A DNA stretch of 48,282 nucleotides. It comes from an uncultured Anaerolineaceae bacterium. Lineage in GTDB: Bacteria; Chloroflexota; Limnocylindria; Limnocylindrales; CSP1-4. Position 1 is the stretch's first letter; every line of letters starts with the position of its first letter. Both the position numbers and the translations under genes were made by a program. Location: positions 6,887 through 55,168 of the forward strand of contig CAZYTQ010000005.1 in assembly GCA_964650135.1 (NCBI GenBank), in the 5' to 3' direction. Below the pieces are notes generated by a model. It saw only the letters and a program-made list of their open reading frames with translations. It searched no databases and had not been told where the DNA came from. Shown here in pieces: positions 43,712 through 48,282 of the stretch.

Positions 43712-44527
43712 GTGTTCGAGGCCACCCGTCAGGTACGCGGTGGCGTCATGGACCTGGTCCAGGCGCACATCGACCTGCTCAAGGCGGAACTCGCGGTCGC
43801 CGGCAGGCAGCTGGCTGTCATCGTGGGCATGGCGGTCGCCATCCTCGTGCTCCTCGTGCTCACGGGCCTGCTCATCGTCATCGGCATGTGCCTGTTCCTC
43901 GGGGAGTGGCTGTTCGGGTCCATGGGCTGGGGCATCCTGCACGGCTCGCTCGTCTTCATCGCGCTCGCCGTCCCACTCGGCCTGGACCTCGCCGGCGGCT
44001 GGCGCGGCGCCACCACACGTGGTCTGGTCGCTGGTCTGGTGGTGACCATCGGCCTGTGGATCCTGTTCGCGAGCAACGTGCTGCGTGACCTGGCGGTCCA
44101 GGCGGGTGATGCCGTCGCGCCGTCGTTCGCGGTCGAGCCCGCGATCTGGCCGAGCGTGGTCGGGTTCGGGGCAGGGGCGGTCGTCGGGCTCGTGATCGGA
44201 GGCATCGCGCTGACGCGATCGTCCCCGCGGCCGCGGGGACGGCAGCTGGTGGGTGCCCTGGTCGGCATCGCGGTCGTGGCCGGTCTCGTCGGCGGGATCC
44301 TGGGCTCGGTGACCTTCGACACCAAGGGCGCCCTCGCGGTGAGCCTGACCCTCGGCCTCCTCGCCTGGATCGCGATCATGGTGACCTTGGCGCTGGCGCG
44401 CGGGCTGGACCCTGAGGCACGCTATGCCGGCCTGAAGCCGCAGGAGAGCATCGCGATGGCGGAGGAGACGAAGACGTTCCTCGAGCGACAGTGGCGGCGC
44501 CAGCGCCGGAAGGTCCTGGGCCGATGA
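43712..44527 (+). CDS. Holin-X/DUF1469-like membrane protein (phage holin family annotation class), extended by extra TM helices
   Basis: GTG 43712. The amphipathic LVQAHIDLLKAELAVAGRQLAV followed by a TM hairpin is the Holin-X superfamily III layout. About 4 more TM helices follow. Confidence 0.55.
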   Translation: MFEATRQVRGGVMDLVQAHIDLLKAELAVAGRQLAVIVGMAVAILVLLVLTGLLIVIGMCLFLGEWLFGSMGWGILHGSLVFIALAVPLGLDLAGGWRGATTRGLVAGLVVTIGLWILFASNVLRDLAVQAGDAVAPSFAVEPAIWPSVVGFGAGAVVGLVIGGIALTRSSPRPRGRQLVGALVGIAVVAGLVGGILGSVTFDTKGALAVSLTLGLLAWIAIMVTLALARGLDPEARYAGLKPQESIAMAEETKTFLERQWRRQRRKVLGR

Positions 44528-45225
44528 GCGAGACACCCATCCAGCCACCGCCGGGAACGCCCGCGGACCGCGCCGGCGCCACGGGTGGCACCAACGCGTC
44601 GTCCGGCCGCGCGTCCACGGCGCCCATCGGACGCGCGGCGGACGCCACGAGCTCGACCTCGACCCGACGCCCGGCCGCGCTCGACCCCGAGGTCGCGCTG
44701 GCCCGCCAGCGGCTGCTCGTGGCGCGTGCGTCGCTCGAGGGCGACCTCGACGGGCTGTCCGAGGCGACGCGCTCGGCGCTGGATGTCCCGGCCAAGGTCC
44801 GCAAGAACCCCGTCAAGGCGGCGGCGCTCGCGGGTGGCGCCGGCTTCCTGCTCCTGGGGGGGCCGCGGCGCGTCCTGCGTGCGGCCACCGGCCGCATCTT
44901 CCCCACACGCCGCGATCCCTACGATGGCCTGCTGCCCGACCAGGTCGAGCGGGTCCTGCGGCGGTCCGGGGCGGCGGATGTGCCGGGCGTCCGGGACGCC
45001 CTGGAGCGCGACTTCGCGGAGTACCTGCGGCGCAAGGGGCGGCCGGCGCAGCCGGTGCCCTCGGCGAGCACCTCGCTCTGGCGCACCTATGATGCGCTGG
45101 TGGGTCCGATGGGCACGGTCGCTGCCCGGATGCTCGTGGAGCGGCTGTTCGCCGCCGATCCGAGCCGGCGGAAGGCCACCCCGCCGGGCACGACCTCCAC
45201 GAAGGGTGGCACCCGGGCCGGCTGA
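44524..45225 (+). CDS. DUF3618-like protein
   Basis: The ATG overlaps the upstream stop (ATGA). It has a disordered N-terminus, then ALARQRLLVARASLEGDLDGLSEATRSALDVPAKVRKNPVKAAALAGGAGFLLLG. This coiled segment plus a short hydrophobic stretch is typical of the partner of Holin-X genes. Confidence 0.5.
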   Translation: MSETPIQPPPGTPADRAGATGGTNASSGRASTAPIGRAADATSSTSTRRPAALDPEVALARQRLLVARASLEGDLDGLSEATRSALDVPAKVRKNPVKAAALAGGAGFLLLGGPRRVLRAATGRIFPTRRDPYDGLLPDQVERVLRRSGAADVPGVRDALERDFAEYLRRKGRPAQPVPSASTSLWRTYDALVGPMGTVAARMLVERLFAADPSRRKATPPGTTSTKGGTRAG

Positions 45226-45272
45226 TGCCGTCCGGCGGTGTCGCGTCCGATCGGCGGCGTCGTCTCGGCTCC

Positions 45273-45356
45273 TGGTGCGGGAGGGGGGACTCGAACCCCC
45301 ACGCCTCGCGGCACTGCCTCCTAAGGGCAGCGTGTCTGCCGTTCCACCACTCCCGC
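45273..45356 (-). tRNA. tRNA-Leu (anticodon UAG), type II with long variable arm, CCA encoded
   Basis: The reverse complement is GCGGGAGTGGTGGAACGGCAGACACGCTGCCCTTAGGAGGCAGTGCCGCGAGGCGTGGGGGTTCGAGTCCCCCCTCCCGCACCA. Acceptor GCGGGAG/CTCCCGC, anticodon stem CTGCC/GGCAG with loop CTTAGGA, T-arm GGGGG-TTCGAGT-CCCCC. Confidence 0.93.
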
Positions 45357-45470
45357 GTCCGCCGAGTGTATCGGCCCCATGGTCCACGGCCCCGCCCGCG
45401 GCCGTCGGGCCAGCACCCGGGAGGGTCGGTATACTCGACGGTCCATGTCACACCATCGGACCCCCCGACC

Positions 45471-46955
45471 GTGAAGGTCACGACCACACCCGCCCCGCAG
45501 AGCACCATGACCCTCGAGGTCGAGGTGACACCGGAGCAGCTCCAGCGTGCCATCGACGAGGCCGTGCGCCACCAGGCGCGTGGGATCCGCGTCCCGGGCT
45601 TCCGTCCCGGCAAGGTGCCGCGGCCGATGCTCGAGCGGGCGATGGGCATCGATCGCACGGACCCCGAGGCGAGCGACCCCATCTACGACGACGCACGCGA
45701 CCACCTGTATCGCCGCTCCGTGGTGGACGCGGTGCGCCAGGAGTCCATCCTCGCCGTGGAGCTGCCGGTCGCGCCGGAGTGGCTGACGTTCGAGGAGGGG
45801 GCCGGTGCGTCGTATCGGGTGACCGTGCCGGTACGGCCCACGCCCACGCTCGGTGACTACGCGGGGTTCCCGTTCACGCCCCAGGTCGACGAGCCGGACG
45901 ACGCGCGCATCGACGCCGTGCTGGAGCAGCTGCGCGATCAGCAGGCGTCCCTGATCCCGGTCGAGGACCGGGGCATCCAGCAGGGTGACTACGCGGTCAT
46001 CGGCTTCGAGGGTCGCCAGGATGGCCGGATCATCGAGGGCGCGGCGGCCGAGCGCTTCCCCATCGTCATCGGCAGCGAACGGATGGTGCCCGGCTTCGAG
46101 GATGCCCTCATCGGTCTCCGGGAGGACGAGGAGCGGACGTTCTCGGTCACCTTCCCCGAGGACTACCGCGAGGAGTCGCTGGCAGGGCAGCCCGTGGAGT
46201 TCACGGCGCGGCTGCGCGAGCTGCGCGAGCGCAAGCTGCCTGACCTCGACGATGACTTCGCGACGACCCTCGGGGACTTCGCGGACCTGGCGGCGCTGCG
46301 CGCGGACGTCGGTCGCCGGCTCCACCGCAATGCCCTCGACCGGGCACGTCATGGGTTCGCGGACCGGATCATCGAATATGCCGTGGCCAACGCCACGGTC
46401 GAGCCGCCCGAGATCATGATCGAGCGCGAGATCGACGTGATGATCGACGAGCTCAAGGTGCGCCTGTCACAGCAGGGCATCGAGTTCGAGGAGTACCTCA
46501 AGGTCACCGAGCGGGATGCGGACACGCTGCGCGAGGAGTCCCGCGACGGGGCCGCGCATCGCGTCAAGGTGCTGCTGGTGCTGAGCGCCATCGCGGACCA
46601 GGAGGGCATCGAGGTCGACGACCGCACCGTGCGTGCGGAGATCGCGCGGACCCGCAAGGCCAACCCGGATGATCGCCGCCTCGCCGAGTTCCTGTCGTCC
46701 GCCCGGGGCAGGGATTACGTACGCTCGACGTTGCGCCGCTCGCAGGTGGTGGAAGGCATCATCGATCGCTGGATCGAGGCGCATCCCGAGTTCGTCGATG
46801 TGCGCCACACGGAGGACCAGCCGACCGACCAGGACCAGCTGGACGCCGCGGCCGAGGTCGTCGAGCCCATCGAGATCGATCCCGATGACGAGGCGCTCGA
46901 AGCGGAGCTCTCGGCCGCCGGTGTCGGCGCCGAGCCGGAAGGGACCGACCGATGA
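45471..46955 (+). CDS. tig: Trigger factor (ribosome-associated peptidyl-prolyl isomerase chaperone)
   Basis: GTG 45471 gives [36 protein letters not shown], the canonical ribosome-binding GFRxGxxP motif. It has an FKBP-like middle domain and an acidic C-terminal tail. Confidence 0.92.
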   Translation: MKVTTTPAPQSTMTLEVEVTPEQLQRAIDEAVRHQARGIRVPGFRPGKVPRPMLERAMGIDRTDPEASDPIYDDARDHLYRRSVVDAVRQESILAVELPVAPEWLTFEEGAGASYRVTVPVRPTPTLGDYAGFPFTPQVDEPDDARIDAVLEQLRDQQASLIPVEDRGIQQGDYAVIGFEGRQDGRIIEGAAAERFPIVIGSERMVPGFEDALIGLREDEERTFSVTFPEDYREESLAGQPVEFTARLRELRERKLPDLDDDFATTLGDFADLAALRADVGRRLHRNALDRARHGFADRIIEYAVANATVEPPEIMIEREIDVMIDELKVRLSQQGIEFEEYLKVTERDADTLREESRDGAAHRVKVLLVLSAIADQEGIEVDDRTVRAEIARTRKANPDDRRLAEFLSSARGRDYVRSTLRRSQVVEGIIDRWIEAHPEFVDVRHTEDQPTDQDQLDAAAEVVEPIEIDPDDEALEAELSAAGVGAEPEGTDR

Positions 46956-47044
46956 CCCGCCCCGCCACCCCATCCCGCGCCGCAGCCCTCGAGGCGGCTC
47001 GTCGATCATCGGCCGCGCTCGAGACGGCGCTCGATGCCCGGGCG

Positions 47045-47728
47045 ATGCTCGTGCCCATGGTCATCGAGTCCTCGAGCCGGGGCGAGCGTGCCTATGACAT
47101 CTACAGCCGCCTGCTCCGAGAGCGGATCATCTTCCTGGGCGATGCCATCGAGGACCATCTGGCGAACCTGATCATCGCGCAGCTGCTGTTCCTCGACGCC
47201 GAGGATCCCGACCGGGACGTGAGCCTGTACATCAACTCGCCCGGCGGCGTGGTCACGTCGGGCCTCGCCATCTACGACACGATGCAGTACCTGCGGGCTC
47301 CGGTGAGCACCATCTGCATCGGCATGGCCGCATCCATGGCATCGGTCCTGCTCGCCGCGGGTGCCAAGGGCAAGCGTTACGCCCTGCCCAACTCCCGCAT
47401 CATGATCCACCAGGGATCGGCCGGGTTCCGGGGCAACACCCCCGACGTGTTCATCCAGGTCAAGGAGCTCGAGGAGCTCAACAAGCGGCTCAACAAGATC
47501 CTCGCGGACCACACGGGCCAGACCGAGGAGAAGGTCATCCGGGACACCGACCGGGACTACTTCATGTCCGCGGAGCAGGCCAAGGCCTACGGCATCATCG
47601 ACGAGGTGTACGCGGACCGCGGCCGCCCGTCGGAGACGCCCGCGCCCACTCCCGCCACGCGCGAGAAGTCCAGCGGCCGCGAGAAGCGCTCCGCCGACCA
47701 CGACGAGCCGGAGAAGGGCACCCGCTGA
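47045..47728 (+). CDS. clpP: ATP-dependent Clp protease proteolytic subunit
   Basis: ATG 47045 gives the canonical N-terminus [24 protein letters not shown]. Catalytic Ser context GMAASMAS and MIHQ are present. A basic or disordered C-terminal tail of about 35 aa follows. An ATG at 46952 overlapping the tig stop is the alternative start. Confidence 0.93.
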   Translation: MLVPMVIESSSRGERAYDIYSRLLRERIIFLGDAIEDHLANLIIAQLLFLDAEDPDRDVSLYINSPGGVVTSGLAIYDTMQYLRAPVSTICIGMAASMASVLLAAGAKGKRYALPNSRIMIHQGSAGFRGNTPDVFIQVKELEELNKRLNKILADHTGQTEEKVIRDTDRDYFMSAEQAKAYGIIDEVYADRGRPSETPAPTPATREKSSGREKRSADHDEPEKGTR

Positions 47729-47769
47729 CCCACGGGTCGGCGCGGCGCACGTCAGCGGGGTAGACGCAG

Positions 47770-48273
47770 ATGTCCACGTCATCGGGCAAGGGCAGCAAGG
47801 TCCCGTATCGCTGCTCGTTCTGCGGCAAGAGCCAGGAGCAGGTCCGCAAGCTCATCGCCGGTCAGGGCGTGTACATCTGCGACGAGTGCATCAACCTGTG
47901 CCAGGAGATCATCGAGGAGGAGATGCAGGAGACGCCGCGGGCACGCCCGCAGGCCGCCAAGCTGCCCAACCCTCGCCAGATCAAGGACGCGCTCGACCAG
48001 TACGTGATCAGCCAGGAGCGGGCGAAGCGGGTCCTCTCGGTGGCCGTGTACAACCACTACAAGCGGGTCGACGCGGGCAACCAGATCGACGAGGTGGAGC
48101 TCCAGAAGTCGAACGTGCTCCTGGTCGGTCCGACGGGCAGCGGCAAGACCCTCCTGGCGCAGACCCTGGCCCGTGTCCTGGATGTGCCCTTCTGTATCGC
48201 CGACGCCACCTCGCTGACCGAGGCTGGCTATGTCGGCGAGGACGTCGAGAACATCCTGCTGCGGCCTGGATGA
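47770..48273 (+). CDS. clpX: ATP-dependent Clp protease ATP-binding subunit ClpX, N-terminal part only (truncated at the window end)
   Basis: Zinc-binding domain [24 protein letters not shown], Walker [12 protein letters not shown], and [13 protein letters not shown]. The expected continuation is replaced by PG-stop inside a terminal fold-back. Confidence 0.9.
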   Translation: MSTSSGKGSKVPYRCSFCGKSQEQVRKLIAGQGVYICDECINLCQEIIEEEMQETPRARPQAAKLPNPRQIKDALDQYVISQERAKRVLSVAVYNHYKRVDAGNQIDEVELQKSNVLLVGPTGSGKTLLAQTLARVLDVPFCIADATSLTEAGYVGEDVENILLRPG

Positions 48274-48282
48274 GCCGCAGCA

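Noticed and set aside
43712-44527. The 'phage holin' family gene might mark a prophage.
   Set aside because: No capsid, tail, terminase, integrase, endolysin or att-like repeats are present nearby. The neighbours are housekeeping genes (groEL, tRNA, tig-clpPX). Holin-X/DUF3618 pairs are chromosomal membrane-protein loci.
46952-47044. An ATG at 46952 overlapping the tig stop (ATGA), as the clpP start.
   Set aside because: The 31 extra residues are Ala/Arg-rich. ATG 47045 yields the conserved ClpP N-terminus [21 protein letters not shown], which is needed for the axial loops. A pro-peptide cannot be fully excluded.

Overview
Very GC-rich (roughly 70% G+C by eye) chromosomal window from a Terrabacteria-type lineage. 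It looks Actinomycetota- or Chloroflexota-like, but I cannot resolve this without a database search. About 45 real protein genes are tightly packed, many joined by ATGA/GTGA/TGATG start-stop overlaps. Most long ORFs in the six-frame track are Arg/Pro/Gly-rich antisense shadow ORFs and are ignored.

Content in order:
- potA-like ABC ATPase
- a decayed mazEF-like toxin-antitoxin locus
- a GT1 glycosyltransferase
- a decayed vapBC locus translationally coupled to an aldehyde dehydrogenase
- an XRE regulator with an ABC-2 exporter
- a degenerate secretion-ATPase-like gene
- a 620-bp non-coding region carrying a tandem array of dyad-symmetric motifs
- a ChlI/MoxR-like AAA+ ATPase plus vWA protein pair
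- a LysE exporter
- a tandem META-domain secreted protein
- a class II aldolase-family protein
- a five-gene Dpp/Opp-type peptide ABC importer, divergent from an amidohydrolase and serine-hydrolase pair
- a class III aminotransferase
- a 1047-aa multi-pass membrane protein of unknown function
- azlCD
- mrp/apbC
- a frameshifted lipoprotein gene
- a NEW3-domain surface protein with an ABC-2 exporter
- cinA and a FemAB-family gene
- CIRCE plus a stand-alone groEL
- DinB-like and zinc-ribbon genes
- a membrane/holin-X/DUF3618-like cluster
- tRNA-Leu(UAG)
- tig-clpP-clpX, with clpX cut off at a fold-back at the window end

No CRISPR array, transposase, integrase or rRNA was seen.

The best candidate for something undescribed is the non-coding operator-like repeat array (8450-9069) together with the adjacent uncharacterised AAA+/vWA module and the degenerate ATPase-like gene. 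Two independent toxin-antitoxin loci inactivated by small indels and a large internally repeated membrane protein are also worth follow-up. All family assignments come from motif recognition by eye, not from searches.
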